DNA from: Candidatus Nanoarchaeia archaeon
Lineage (GTDB): Archaea > Nanobdellota > Nanobdellia > Woesearchaeales > ARS49
DNA length: 64,000 nt
NCBI GenBank assembly: GCA_041488275.1
Contig: JBGPOY010000004.1
Span: 795-64,794 of the forward strand
Direction: 5' to 3'
How positions within the stretch are numbered: the first letter of the stretch is position 1; every line of letters begins with the position of its first letter. The notes beneath the pieces are model-generated. The model saw only the letters and a list, made by a program, of their open reading frames with translations. It did no database searches and was not told where the DNA came from. Positions 46,960 through 57,545 of this stretch are shown piece after piece. The translations under genes were made by a program, and so were the position numbers.

Positions 46960-49488
46960 CTATTGCTTCTTTTTCTTCCACTCAGCAAGTTCGCTGATGA
47001 AGCGCTGCAGCGTCTTGATGACGTTTTCGGGCTGCGTCTGCAGGATCTCGGCAGCTTGAGCAAATGCGTCGCCCGTCGCTGTTTCTGAAGAAACGAAGCG
47101 GAGCCAGTCGGGCTCGATGGGCTTCTGTGATTGGAACGCCTTGCGGGCTTTCTTCCACTTGTCAAAGATCTCCTGCACGCGAGGAGCGATTTGTTTCGGC
47201 AGGCAGCCGAGGAAGTGCGCCAGTTCCTCGACTTTCTTGCGCTGGTCCTGTTCCAAAAGCTCGGCGGCTTTGCCCGCCACGAACGTGATGCGGACGACGC
47301 CGTCCTTGACCTTGCTTGCTTTCAGCAGCTTGATGCGCCCGGCTTCTTTCGTGTTGTGCAGGTGCGTCCCGCCGCACGCTTCGACATCCACTTCAGGAAT
47401 TTCGACGATGCGGAGCACTTTGCCCGGTACGGCTCCCCCTTGATAGATGCCCATGCCGTACTTTTGTTCGGCCTCGGTGCGCGGCACGAACTTCAGGCGC
47501 GTGGGAATCGCCTCGTCCACGATGCGGTTGGCTTCCTTCTCAATCGTGTCGAGTTCTTCCTGCGTCAGGAGCTGGAAATGCGTGATGTCGATGTGCGCCT
47601 TGTCAATGTCCTTCTTCGCGCTCGCTTGGTTGATGTGGTTGCCGAGAATTCGCCGGGCCGCGGCGTTCACGATGTGCGTTGCGGTGTGGTGCTGCGCCAA
47701 CTGCGTGCGGCGTTCGAGATTGATTTTGCCCGTGACCATCGCGCCTTGGTTCACGCGCGAGGCGTCGTCCAGCACGTGGACGATGACGCCTCCCTGCTTG
47801 AAGATGTCCGTGACCGGGTGCCCGTCGAGCGTTCCCAAGTCGTGCAGTTGTCCGCCGCTCGTCGGGTAAAAGTATGTCTCGTTGAGAATGACATTGTTGC
47901 CGATGACCTTGGCGACTTTCGCGGTGAAGTCCACTTTTGCCCAGTCTTCGTAATACCTTGCGACCGTGTCCGGCACGCCCGCGAGGTCGAGCTTTTCTTC
48001 GCGCACCGTGGCGTGTTCCTGTTCCTTCTGTTCGTGCTTCGCCGCGACGACCGCGTAGAAGTTGTCGGGAACCGTGATTTTCTTGCCCTGCTTGGCGGCT
48101 TCCTCGGCAATCATGTCGGGGTTGATGCCTTGATTGTCATAGAGTTCGACCAAGTCGTCGGTCGTGAGCTCCTTGTCCAAAGCGCGTGCGAGCAATTGTG
48201 ACATCTTTTGCTTGGTCGCGTCGTACTTGCTTTTTTCAACGCTGAGAATCTGGTGCACTTCCGCAAGATGTTCCCGCAATTCAGGGAACAACGGCTTGAG
48301 ATAGTCCGCGTGCCACTCCGCAATCTGGGGAAGGTTGACGTTCCACTGGTGCTTGTCGATGAACTGCAGCGCCCGACGAAGGATGACGCGGAGGTTGTAC
48401 ATGCCGCCGACGTTCGAGGGCAGCGCGCCGTCCGCAAGCGCGACCAAAAGAGAACGCGTGTGCTCAGCGACTGAATAGAGCGCGGCTTGCGTGCCGATGC
48501 GTTTCTTCAGTTCGTCCTTGTCCTCGCCGATGGCGTCGGCGACGCGTTTCCACGCGCCGTCAAGGTCTTCGACTTCGTCGACGTTGAGATAGGAGGCGTG
48601 CGGAAGGAAGCGCGACATCAGTTCTTCGTCCATTTTGACGCCGGTCGCGTTGCGCAGGTGCTTCATGACTTCAGGAAAGGTCGTTTCGTAGCTCGTGCTT
48701 CTGCCTTGCGAGAACCACGCGTTGCGCTCGTGACCCATACCCATGTCGAGAACCTTGAGCGGCAACGGCTTGAATCCGCTATCCGTGTTTTGGAAACTCA
48801 TGTAGACTTGGTTGCCGAGCTCCAAGCCGCCCGAGAAGAACTCCATCGACGGGCCGGAGTTGCCGCCGCCCGCCCACGCGTCCTCGTGGAACGTGATGTC
48901 ATCGTTCTTCAGCCCCAATCCCTGCTTGAGCCAGTTGTGGATGTCGCGGAAATACTTGGGCTGGTCGTACTTGTCCGGAGGCATGAACGCGTGCTGTCCA
49001 ATCATCACGAATCCGGTATAGTGCGCGCCCGTGATGCCGACGTTGTCAATGTCGTTGAAGCGCAAGCAGAACTGCGGAACGACGAGCGGGTTTGCCGGAG
49101 GCGCGACTTCGCCCGTGACGACGTACGGCTGGAAGTCATAGATGGACGCCTGCACGAAGTCCGTGTCTTGGCGCCAGCGCGCGACGACCGGATACCGTTT
49201 GATGGGCGTGTAACCCCATTTGTTGAACAGTTTTGAGAACTTCTGCCACGTCTCGATGTAGTCGAGCTGGAATTTTGCGGGAGAGTTGCCGAGGAAGCGA
49301 AAACCTCCGGAACAGCCGGGGTCGCCGCACACGGGACTGGGTCGCGTGCTCCAGAACCATCTGCCGCATTTCGAGCATTGGTGGCGGGCAAAGCCTTCTT
49401 CCTTGAGAACGCCCGTGGCGTAGTACTTGTCAGGGCTCTTCGAAGCGAGCGCTTTCAGCTGGACTTTTGCCTCTTTGTCCGACAACAT
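46960..49488 (-). CDS. alaS: Alanine-tRNA ligase (archaeal type)
   Basis: N-terminal Zn ribbon, ASIYDFQP, QFCLRFND, editing HHTATH and EACGGTH. Confidence 0.97.
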   Translation of the reverse strand: MLSDKEAKVQLKALASKSPDKYYATGVLKEEGFARHQCSKCGRWFWSTRPSPVCGDPGCSGGFRFLGNSPAKFQLDYIETWQKFSKLFNKWGYTPIKRYPVVARWRQDTDFVQASIYDFQPYVVTGEVAPPANPLVVPQFCLRFNDIDNVGITGAHYTGFVMIGQHAFMPPDKYDQPKYFRDIHNWLKQGLGLKNDDITFHEDAWAGGGNSGPSMEFFSGGLELGNQVYMSFQNTDSGFKPLPLKVLDMGMGHERNAWFSQGRSTSYETTFPEVMKHLRNATGVKMDEELMSRFLPHASYLNVDEVEDLDGAWKRVADAIGEDKDELKKRIGTQAALYSVAEHTRSLLVALADGALPSNVGGMYNLRVILRRALQFIDKHQWNVNLPQIAEWHADYLKPLFPELREHLAEVHQILSVEKSKYDATKQKMSQLLARALDKELTTDDLVELYDNQGINPDMIAEEAAKQGKKITVPDNFYAVVAAKHEQKEQEHATVREEKLDLAGVPDTVARYYEDWAKVDFTAKVAKVIGNNVILNETYFYPTSGGQLHDLGTLDGHPVTDIFKQGGVIVHVLDDASRVNQGAMVTGKINLERRTQLAQHHTATHIVNAAARRILGNHINQASAKKDIDKAHIDITHFQLLTQEELDTIEKEANRIVDEAIPTRLKFVPRTEAEQKYGMGIYQGGAVPGKVLRIVEIPEVDVEACGGTHLHNTKEAGRIKLLKASKVKDGVVRITFVAGKAAELLEQDQRKKVEELAHFLGCLPKQIAPRVQEIFDKWKKARKAFQSQKPIEPDWLRFVSSETATGDAFAQAAEILQTQPENVIKTLQRFISELAEWKKKKQ

Positions 49489-49611
49489 GAGCAGAAAGCG
49501 ACGAAAGCTATTCTTAAAGGTTATGCAAACGTACGAGAGTTTTTACTCAGGTCGTCGTTGGTATGAGAAAAAACGAGAAAAATAAAAAAAAGAAAAACAA
49601 AACAGAGTTGT

Positions 49612-50553
49612 TTATTCGTCCTTGCTGGACAACTTGCTGACGCCCAGGATGATCGCGACGATCACCAAGAGGCCCACGAGGACGAGGAGGATTCCCTCGA
49701 GGACGCTGCGGAGCGTGCTCTTCTCGGCCGGAGCCGGAGTGCTCGCAACGGGCGTAGTCGTGACAACAACAGGAGCCGGAGCAGCCTTGACGGGTGCCGC
49801 TTCGATGCTGACCGCGCGGGTTGCGCTTGCGCTGTCGTGGTCGTCGTTGTAGCTGACGTCAACCTTGACTTGGTAGTCGCCGGTCTTGACGTCCGACGGG
49901 ATGCGGATGTACATCTCTTCGGTGTCTTCCTGGTGGTTGTCGCCGCGGACCTTGCTGATGTAGCTGGTCGCGCTGACTCCCAATTCCGGAATGCTGACGT
50001 GGACGCGGACGTTGGTTTCGTCCTTCTGGCCGAAGTTCTGGACACGCACGGACGTCAGGAGTGCCTGACCCGCGATGACCGATCCTTCGGGAGAGAAGAC
50101 GACATCCTTGACGATGACGTCGTGGCGGGGCTGGTCGAGGACCAAGCTGTAGTCCTGGACGACTGCGCCGCTGTTGCGGTCCGTGACCGTGATGCGCAGT
50201 TGGTAGCTGTCCGACTGTGCGTCGGCAGGCAGACTGAGAGACAGGCTCTTCTTGTACGTAGTGTTTTCCTGCGTCGCGAAGAGGTCGCTGGTGTCAGAAA
50301 TGCTGCCGTGTTCGTAGCCCGTGATTTGGGCTTCGACGCGGACGTTGTCGGCCGCTTCCGTGGAAGTAAGCCAGACATTCACCGCAAAGGTGTTGCCGTT
50401 CTCAAGAGAGAGACGGTTAATCTGATTCTCGAAGACAGTCGTTCCGTCGACTTCAACCTTGTCAACCGACGGCAGTGCCGAAACGGCGCCTGCGACGGCA
50501 AACATGGTCAAGAGCATCAACGTGACGATGCCAAACAGTTTGTTCGCTTTCAT
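49612..50553 (-). CDS. Secreted Ig-like/CARDB-type surface protein with C-terminal membrane anchor
   Basis: Signal peptide; two beta-sandwich repeats; Pro/Thr linker; C-terminal TM helix. Confidence 0.78.
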   Translation of the reverse strand: MKANKLFGIVTLMLLTMFAVAGAVSALPSVDKVEVDGTTVFENQINRLSLENGNTFAVNVWLTSTEAADNVRVEAQITGYEHGSISDTSDLFATQENTTYKKSLSLSLPADAQSDSYQLRITVTDRNSGAVVQDYSLVLDQPRHDVIVKDVVFSPEGSVIAGQALLTSVRVQNFGQKDETNVRVHVSIPELGVSATSYISKVRGDNHQEDTEEMYIRIPSDVKTGDYQVKVDVSYNDDHDSASATRAVSIEAAPVKAAPAPVVVTTTPVASTPAPAEKSTLRSVLEGILLVLVGLLVIVAIILGVSKLSSKDE

Positions 50554-50730
50554 TGCAAAATCCCCCTCACTTTTGCTCTAGGAGCATTAGTGTGTTACCT
50601 CTGTGAGAGAGCGACCCCTATTTAAACCTTTCTGTTCTATTAGCACTATGCAGTAGCAAAAACGCGCCCAAAGCGTTGGCGGCTGGTGCCCACCAAAGAT
50701 ATATAAACGTCGCAGAAGCATGTTTTCCGC

Positions 50731-52476
50731 ATGATGCGCCAGCCGATTGTGACCATCCTCGGTCACGTGGACTACGGAAAAACAAGCCTGTTGGACTACA
50801 TCCGCGGCTCGGCTGTCGCGGCAAAGGAAGCGGGAGGCATCACGCAAGCCATTGGCGCCAGCATCATTCCTCTGGAAACCATCCGCAAAGTCTGCGGAGC
50901 GTTGCTCGACCAGCTCAAGCTGAAGCTCACGGTTCCCGGATTACTATTTATCGACACCCCCGGACACGCAGCGTTCATTAATTTGCGCAAGCGAGGCGGC
51001 AACCTCGCGGACATCGCGATTCTCGTGGTCGACATCACGAAAGGGTTGGAGCCGCAGACGGTCGAGTGTATCCAGATTCTCAAGCAGTACAAGACGCCGT
51101 TCATCATCGCGCTCAACAAGGTCGACACGCTCGAAGGCTGGAAGTCCGGCGAGAAGTCCCTGCTGAAAGGCATCGCGTCGCAGTCCGAACTGACGCAGCG
51201 ATTGTTCGAGACCAAGCTGTACGAAGTGGTCGGCAAGCTGTTCGAGCTCGGCTTCGAGGCAGAACGCTTCGACCGCGTGGGCGATTATACAAAACAGATT
51301 GCGCTCGTTCCGACCAGCGCGAAAACCGGTCAAGGCATTCCCGAACTCTTGATGGTGCTTACGGGACTGGCTCAGAAATTCTTGGAAAGTTCGCTGCACG
51401 CAGTTTCCGGTCCTGCGAAAGGAACTATACTCGAAGTCAAAGATACTGCCGGCTTGGGCGTCACGCTCGACGCCATCATTTACGAAGGCGTGTTGAAGGC
51501 GGGCGACACTATTGTTATCGGCGGCGCTGAACAGCCCGTCGTGACGCGCGTGAAAGCGCTGCTCGTTCCTGACGCTCTTGCGGAGATGCGTGAGAAGAAA
51601 ACCAAGTTCCATGCCATCAAGGAAGTCGTCGCCGCGATGGGCGTCAAGATTTCCGCGACGGACATCGAAACCGTGCAGTCAGGAATGCCGTTCTTGGTCG
51701 CCAAGGACGTTGAACAGGCAAAGCTTGACGTGCAGAAGGACGTCGAAGCAGTCACCTTGCAGACCGCTGAATCAGGCATTGTCGTGAAGGCGGACACGCT
51801 TGGCTCGCTGGAAGCATTGAGCTTTTTGCTGAACGAAAAGAAAATTCCCATCAAGAAAGCGAGCGTCGGTCCCATCGCGAAAAAGGACTTCTCGGACGCG
51901 CAGGCGAACGCATCGAAGGACGAACTGCTCGGCGTGATTCTCGGCTTCAACATTCCTGTTCCTGAAGGCATTCCTGAAGGCATCAAGGTGTTGACGAACC
52001 CCATTATTTACCGCCTGATTGAGGACTACGAGCAGTGGCTCGCGGGGATGCGCAAGAACCTCGTTACGGGAGAACTTAACAAGCTCACCAAGCCTGCAAA
52101 AATTCAACTGCTTACCGGTTACGTGTTCCGCCAGAGCAACCCTGCGGTCGTCGGAACGGAAGTGCTTGCCGGCACGTTGAGACCGGGAACGCAGTTGATG
52201 AAGCCGACCCGCGAAATCATCACGGACGCGCGCACGGTGCAGGAAGAGCAGAAAAGCATTCCCGAAGCAAAACGAGGAATGCGCGTCGCGGTGTCGTATC
52301 CCGGCGTTATCGTCGGGCGGCAGTTGAAGGAAGGAGACATTCTCTACAGCGCGATTACTGAGAAAGAGTTCCGTCAGTACAAGGAGTTCAAGGACGCGCT
52401 GACGGCTGAAGAAAAGGAATTGCTTAAGGAGATTGCCACTATCATGCGCGAAAAGAACCCCGTGTGGGGCGTGTAA
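50731..52476 (+). CDS. infB: Translation initiation factor aIF5B (IF-2)
   Basis: RQPIV..GHVDYGKT, EAGGITQ, DTPGH, NKVD, KADTLGSLEAL. Confidence 0.97.
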   Translation: MMRQPIVTILGHVDYGKTSLLDYIRGSAVAAKEAGGITQAIGASIIPLETIRKVCGALLDQLKLKLTVPGLLFIDTPGHAAFINLRKRGGNLADIAILVVDITKGLEPQTVECIQILKQYKTPFIIALNKVDTLEGWKSGEKSLLKGIASQSELTQRLFETKLYEVVGKLFELGFEAERFDRVGDYTKQIALVPTSAKTGQGIPELLMVLTGLAQKFLESSLHAVSGPAKGTILEVKDTAGLGVTLDAIIYEGVLKAGDTIVIGGAEQPVVTRVKALLVPDALAEMREKKTKFHAIKEVVAAMGVKISATDIETVQSGMPFLVAKDVEQAKLDVQKDVEAVTLQTAESGIVVKADTLGSLEALSFLLNEKKIPIKKASVGPIAKKDFSDAQANASKDELLGVILGFNIPVPEGIPEGIKVLTNPIIYRLIEDYEQWLAGMRKNLVTGELNKLTKPAKIQLLTGYVFRQSNPAVVGTEVLAGTLRPGTQLMKPTREIITDARTVQEEQKSIPEAKRGMRVAVSYPGVIVGRQLKEGDILYSAITEKEFRQYKEFKDALTAEEKELLKEIATIMREKNPVWGV

Positions 52477-52477
52477 G

Positions 52478-52927
52478 ATGGACTGGGCGGTTCTCACGTC
52501 CAAGGACATCCGCGCCGTGCACGCCCAGCTCGAGGAGCAGTTTGGTTTCGCGGGCAAACTTGACTACGCGTTTCTCAAGAATCACGAGAACAATTTGTAT
52601 ATGGTCACGCGCGACGTTTCGCTCGTTGACTGGAAAAAACTGCACGTCACGAGCATGGGCTCGTACTTTGCCGAGCAAAAGAAGGGTTTGCGACTTAGCA
52701 TTGAGGGCTCCCAGTTAGTTGGTCCGAACGCGACCAAGAACGTCTTTGAGCTGAAGGATGAAGAAGTCATGCCGTGGCTGAAAGGTCACGACTTGTCGAC
52801 GAAGTCGCCGCTCGTGGGGCTCGTGATTGTGCGGCACAAGAACGACTATTTCGGCTGCGGTTCGGTGAAAGAAGGAATTCTGCTGAACTTCGTGCCGAAG
52901 ATTCGACGATTGCCGGCTCAGGCTTGA
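52478..52927 (+). CDS. NIP7/RsmF-C-terminal-like PUA-domain protein
   Basis: LRLSIEGSQLVG...KN...WLKG.D...G.G......LNFVPK.RR. Confidence 0.75.
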   Translation: MDWAVLTSKDIRAVHAQLEEQFGFAGKLDYAFLKNHENNLYMVTRDVSLVDWKKLHVTSMGSYFAEQKKGLRLSIEGSQLVGPNATKNVFELKDEEVMPWLKGHDLSTKSPLVGLVIVRHKNDYFGCGSVKEGILLNFVPKIRRLPAQA

Positions 52928-53376
52928 TTCCAGAACTTATCGCCAACCCAGTGCAGATTCTTGACGACTTTGCCTGACGCTGCCGCGCTGGCGTCGGCGC
53001 CGGAGAGCAGCATTTTGCCGACGGCGAGTGGCTTCTTGTTGTTGATGTCGACCACGACCACGATGTCGTCCTTCGCGATGTTGGGCGCGAATTCCTTGAT
53101 GCCGGGGCGCATCACGTCAGCCCCTGCGACGACGAACTTCACGGCGCCCATATCGACCACGATTTTCTTCAAAATGTCGTGCGTGAGCAGGTAGCGCAGG
53201 TGCGGAATGGCGCCTGCGTCGGTGGCGATGAACGCCGGCTGCTGGTTCACGGTCCAGCGCCTTCCGGCGTCGTCTTCGATGTAATCGATGTGGTCTTTCG
53301 GCGTGAACGTGACGTGGAACGACTTCAGCGATGACTGAAATTCCTCAAGGTCGTGTTTGCTGAGCTGTTTCTTCAT
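52918..53376 (-). CDS. PUA-domain RNA-binding protein (MCT-1/Tma20-like)
   Basis: VDMGAVKFVVAGADVMRPGI, GKVVKNLHWVGD. Confidence 0.88.
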   Translation of the reverse strand: MKKQLSKHDLEEFQSSLKSFHVTFTPKDHIDYIEDDAGRRWTVNQQPAFIATDAGAIPHLRYLLTHDILKKIVVDMGAVKFVVAGADVMRPGIKEFAPNIAKDDIVVVVDINNKKPLAVGKMLLSGADASAAASGKVVKNLHWVGDKFWNQA

Positions 53377-54104
53377 GCCTTTTCCACCGTTGTGATGATG
53401 GTCTGGTAGTCCTCGAGCGTGAGGCGCGGAACTTCGGTCGCGAGCAGCGCGTCGGAAAGCCCGAGCGCGTCGACAAACGCGCCGCCTTCGCGCTTGGTTG
53501 ACTTTTTCCACAGCACGTACGTTTCGCGCAGCGCGTTCTTCACTTTCTTGTCGCGCTGCAGGAACAGTTGCTGGACAAACAAGTCGTGAGTCGATTCCGG
53601 CAGTTTCTTTTTGATGACGAAGATACAGAGGTTGGTGTCCGGCGCGGGCGTCAGCGACTCAGGCGCGACCTCATCCTTGGTTTCCATCGTGAAAAAGGCG
53701 TTGGCGAGGAACGCGAGCACGGTGTCATCGTCCTGCAGCTTGCCGGCGAACGACGTCGGAACGAGCAGCACTGCAATTTCGAAGTCCGTGCGGAACAGGT
53801 GATACGTGAGCGATTCAAGAATGCTGAACGGCAGGTTGCTGATGATTTTGTTCGCGGTCAGGGGAACGCGCATCGCATCGGCTTCCAGCACCGTGACGTT
53901 CGGAAGCGTGCGCAATTGCGCAGTGAGCGACGGGTCTTTCTCGACGGCAATGATGCTCTTGCACGCGGGGATGCGTCGCGTGATGGCGCCTGAACCGGCG
54001 CCGATGTCCATCACGATGTCTGTCGGCTTGATGCGCGCTTCCTGCACCATCCTTCGGATGACCTTTCCGTCCGTCAGAAAGTGCTGGTCGTTGATGTCGG
54101 TCAT
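53373..54104 (-). CDS. rsmA: 16S rRNA adenine dimethyltransferase (KsgA/Dim1)
   Basis: DQHFL, DIGAGSG, VEKD, SNLPF. Confidence 0.88.
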   Translation of the reverse strand: MTDINDQHFLTDGKVIRRMVQEARIKPTDIVMDIGAGSGAITRRIPACKSIIAVEKDPSLTAQLRTLPNVTVLEADAMRVPLTANKIISNLPFSILESLTYHLFRTDFEIAVLLVPTSFAGKLQDDDTVLAFLANAFFTMETKDEVAPESLTPAPDTNLCIFVIKKKLPESTHDLFVQQLFLQRDKKVKNALRETYVLWKKSTKREGGAFVDALGLSDALLATEVPRLTLEDYQTIITTVEKA

Positions 54105-54177
54105 GCCCTTTGGGGAGGAAAATATGGTTTTTAAGCGTTGTGCAAGACTTTTATGGAACGTGCGGTGCAGAGGGAGT

Positions 54178-54510
54178 ATGACGCTCGAACAGCTGTGCCA
54201 GATGCCGGTCAAGAAAGCAAAGCAATTGCTCCACCGCGAGGCGAGGCTCGTGTGCTTTGGCGACGAGTACGTGCAGCAGGTGACCGGCGACGGGATGGAA
54301 GTGAAGGAAACGCGCGAAGGAATGGTTGACCAAGAGTGCCGTATTGCGCGCGCGTTGCTCGACATCAACGTGGCATTTCAAACGTGCAGGTATATCTCGC
54401 AGGATCCGCGCATGCACGAGCGTCCGTCGGTGATGCAGGTCTGGAAACGAGTCGCAAGCGCATACCAGCAGGTGGTTGCGCGATGGAAGTACGTCTGGAA
54501 TTCTGCATAG
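54178..54510 (+). CDS. Hypothetical protein
   Basis: GGAG SD and an upstream TTTTAT box. Confidence 0.5.
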   Translation: MTLEQLCQMPVKKAKQLLHREARLVCFGDEYVQQVTGDGMEVKETREGMVDQECRIARALLDINVAFQTCRYISQDPRMHERPSVMQVWKRVASAYQQVVARWKYVWNSA

Positions 54511-54578
54511 TCAAATCGATTTGAGCTACAGGATTATATAGCAGGTCTGCGTCGTTTCAAAGGGTGCGGAGAAGGGCT

Positions 54579-55292
54579 ATGGAACATGACGTGCAAAAGG
54601 CAATTCTGCTGAAGCTGATTCATAATCCTACGCTCTCGTTCAACGAACTGTGGAACAAGGAAGGCGAGAGCAACAAGTTCGCCTACCACATCAATAAGAT
54701 GGAGTCCGACGGGCTTATTGCGAAGTCGCTCGAAGGAAAATACGCGCTCACCGCCGAAGGCAAGAAGCTGTCGGCGTTCATCGAAGGCGACACGGGAGGA
54801 CGTGCCGAGTTTCCGACGCTCACGATTTTTCAGTTGGTCTGGCGCGATGACGGTCGCTTGCTGTGCCAAAAGCGTTTGAAAGAACCGTTCTACGGCATGT
54901 GGGGTTTCGTGTCCGGCAAGCAGAACTTTGGCTGGAACATCCTTGAATGCGCGAAGCGCGACCTGAAGGAAGAAACGAACCTCGACTCGGGACCGTACAT
55001 CATTCGCGGCATCGAGCAGGTGAAAACGTACGAAGGCGGGAAATTATTGTTCCACCACTTCCTGATTGCCGTCGAGACGCGCAACCCAATCGGCGAATTG
55101 AAGGTGCGCTCGCACAAGGCCGAACACGTCTGGATGACGCCTGCCGAGTACAAGACGATGCCGCGCTTCCCCGAAACGTGGCCGTTGGATGACTTGTTCC
55201 ACAACAAGAAATTCCAAGTCATCGAAGGCGAACGCTATATGCAGGATGGGAAAGTTGTTGGCAGTAAGCTCGTGAGCAAGATAGAATTCTGA
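54579..55292 (+). CDS. Winged-HTH + NUDIX fusion protein
   Basis: LSFNEL...FAYHINKM..DGLI...YALTAEG; variant Nudix box GKQNFGWNILECAKRDLKEETNL. Confidence 0.8.
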   Translation: MEHDVQKAILLKLIHNPTLSFNELWNKEGESNKFAYHINKMESDGLIAKSLEGKYALTAEGKKLSAFIEGDTGGRAEFPTLTIFQLVWRDDGRLLCQKRLKEPFYGMWGFVSGKQNFGWNILECAKRDLKEETNLDSGPYIIRGIEQVKTYEGGKLLFHHFLIAVETRNPIGELKVRSHKAEHVWMTPAEYKTMPRFPETWPLDDLFHNKKFQVIEGERYMQDGKVVGSKLVSKIEF

Positions 55293-55326
55293 AAGTTTCT
55301 TATAGGAGTTGGCGTTTCGCGTGACT

Positions 55327-55821
55327 ATGGACGAAATTCAGGCATTGTATTTCAGGCACGTGCAGCAGGAAGCGCGCGTTGAGCACATCAAGAGCTCCGA
55401 CGCCTCAGCAGTCCTTCTGCCTTCCGCGGAAGCGTATCTTGCAAAACTCGCTGCGCAGATTGAGCATCATCCTCGGCGTTTGCCGTTGAAGGATGAACTG
55501 GAAGCCAAGCTCCAACTCATTGCAGCACAGCTTGATCAGGAACAGGGCTCGAAAGGACTGTGCTTCACGTGCGAGAACTACGTCAAGAAGGAAGATTTGC
55601 CGGACCTCGATGCCATTGCGTGCGAACGCATTTCTCCACCGTTGAGATTCCGAGACGAGCCGCTCGTCATCTGCCCGCAATACGTGAAGGGCGATTGGGT
55701 CGCGCAGGCCGCATTCAAGGTGCTTGAGACGGTCTCTTCAGACACGGCAGGTGCGCTCAAATCGCTGCAGCAGAAATATCGGTCTGAACTCGAGAAAACA
55801 GATTCTGCGCGACGCTTCTAG
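55327..55821 (+). CDS. Hypothetical protein with Cys cluster
   Basis: CFTCEN...C...CPQY. Confidence 0.6.
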   Translation: MDEIQALYFRHVQQEARVEHIKSSDASAVLLPSAEAYLAKLAAQIEHHPRRLPLKDELEAKLQLIAAQLDQEQGSKGLCFTCENYVKKEDLPDLDAIACERISPPLRFRDEPLVICPQYVKGDWVAQAAFKVLETVSSDTAGALKSLQQKYRSELEKTDSARRF

Positions 55822-56918
55822 CTCAAGTGAATTTCGACAATGTCGCCGTCTTGTAGCTCTTTTTCGAGGTTGCGGAACAATTGCCCGGGGAACTTGGCGG
55901 ACTTGCCCCAGATTTTCGCGAAACGGAACTTCGTGACAAAGTCACGGTGAAGCGTGTCGCACACCGTGCGTAACGTCGAGCCTTTTCTCAGCACCAAAGG
56001 TTCGTCGAGGTCGGGCTTCTTGTTGACTTCCTTGAGATACAGCCGAATAAACCGCAAGCCCTGAAAAATCGTTTCCTTCAGCTTCTCGATGTTCTTTCCC
56101 TGCGAGGCGGAAATGAAGACGTCGGGCTTGATGGTCTGCTTGATGTGCTCAATCTGCGCGGGCGTGGCGAGGTCCATCTTGCTCACGACCGTGATGGACG
56201 GAATGTACTTTCGGTTGCCTTCGACGACGTCAATCAATTGGTCGACGTCAATGTCGGTGCGAATCATCACGTCGGCGTTGTTGATTTTGAATTCGCGCAA
56301 CACCGCGGCGATGATTTCGTACGTGAGCTTGGTGAGCTTGACGGTCGAGCCGATATCCAATCCGCCTTTCGATTTCTTGACGATTTTCACGTCGGGAGCG
56401 CGCTGGTTGATGCGCACGCCGGTTTCGTAGACTTCGCCCAAAATCGCCTGATAGTGTTCAGGGTTCAGCGCGTCGATCAGGATGAGGACCAAGTCCGAGT
56501 TGCGCACCATCGCGAGAACTTCTTTTCCTCTGCCCGTGCCTGCTGCGGCTCCCTGGACGATGCCGGGAACGTCAAGAATCTGGACTTTTGCCTTGTTGTA
56601 CTCCATCACGCCGGGAACGACCGTGAGCGTGGTGAATTGGTATGCCGCGACCTTTGATTTCGCGCCGGTGAGCGCGTTCAAGAGCGTGGATTTACCGACG
56701 GAAGGAAAGCCGAGCAACACGACCGTCGCGTCCCCGGTCTTCTTGACAAACCAGCCCGAGTCGCTTTTGCCGATGCCCGCGCGCTTTTCAACCGTGCCTT
56801 TCAACTTGGCAAGCTGCGCTTTCATCACGCCGAACGCGTGCTGAGTGGCCTTGTTGTACTTCGCAGTACTCAGCTGGTGTTCGAGTTCCTGAATGCGGTC
56901 GTTGATTTTGGCGCTCAT
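55818..56918 (-). CDS. DRG/Rbg-family GTPase
   Basis: YNKATQH, GFPSVGKST, YQFTTL, DVPGI; C-terminal TGS (WGKSAKFPGQ). Confidence 0.95.
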   Translation of the reverse strand: MSAKINDRIQELEHQLSTAKYNKATQHAFGVMKAQLAKLKGTVEKRAGIGKSDSGWFVKKTGDATVVLLGFPSVGKSTLLNALTGAKSKVAAYQFTTLTVVPGVMEYNKAKVQILDVPGIVQGAAAGTGRGKEVLAMVRNSDLVLILIDALNPEHYQAILGEVYETGVRINQRAPDVKIVKKSKGGLDIGSTVKLTKLTYEIIAAVLREFKINNADVMIRTDIDVDQLIDVVEGNRKYIPSITVVSKMDLATPAQIEHIKQTIKPDVFISASQGKNIEKLKETIFQGLRFIRLYLKEVNKKPDLDEPLVLRKGSTLRTVCDTLHRDFVTKFRFAKIWGKSAKFPGQLFRNLEKELQDGDIVEIHLS

Positions 56919-56974
56919 CGTGTTTGTCCTTCACGCCCCAACCTTTTTAAACCCTGCGAATGCCAACAGAGAGT

Positions 56975-57544
56975 ATGGCGTTCAGCGATATCACGAACTG
57001 GTTCCTGGCGGTAGTCAAACCGCTCGCGTCCAACCTCGTCGTCGCCGTGGTCGTGCTGCTCATCGGCATCATTCTTGCCCGCATTGTCGAACGCGTCGTT
57101 TTGCGCATCCTGCACGAGCTGGAGCTCGACAAGTGGCTCCGGAAGGCGGGCTTGAAGTTCGCGATGGAGCAGACCGTCTCGCACGTCGTGCGGTACGTCA
57201 TTTACTTCATCACCGTCATCGCCGCGTTGAACCGCGTCGGGCTGACGAGCTTTGTGCTGAACATCCTCGCCGCGGGCGTCATCGTGCTCGTCATCGCCGC
57301 CATCCTGCTGGGCGTGAAGGACTTCATCCCCAACTTCATGGCGGGCTTGCGAATCCACCACCGCGGCTTTGTCAAAGTCGGCGACGTCATTCGTGTGCGA
57401 GACTTAGAAGGCGAAGTGCGCCAGATTAATCTCTTGGACACGCGCATCAAGACGGTGTCAGGAGACTTGCTGTTCGTTCCGAACTCGATGCTGACGAAAC
57501 ACGAAGTTCTCAGGCACAAACGAAAGAAGACGATGCTGAAGTAA
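56975..57544 (+). CDS. MscS-family mechanosensitive channel (short)
   Basis: Three TM segments; KDFIPNFMAG, KVGD.I, VPNS. Confidence 0.85.
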   Translation: MAFSDITNWFLAVVKPLASNLVVAVVVLLIGIILARIVERVVLRILHELELDKWLRKAGLKFAMEQTVSHVVRYVIYFITVIAALNRVGLTSFVLNILAAGVIVLVIAAILLGVKDFIPNFMAGLRIHHRGFVKVGDVIRVRDLEGEVRQINLLDTRIKTVSGDLLFVPNSMLTKHEVLRHKRKKTMLK

Positions 57545-57545
57545 G

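Noticed and set aside
50731..50790. aIF5B G1 variant GHVDYGKT
   Set aside because: A single substitution at a variable P-loop position; all other G motifs are intact.
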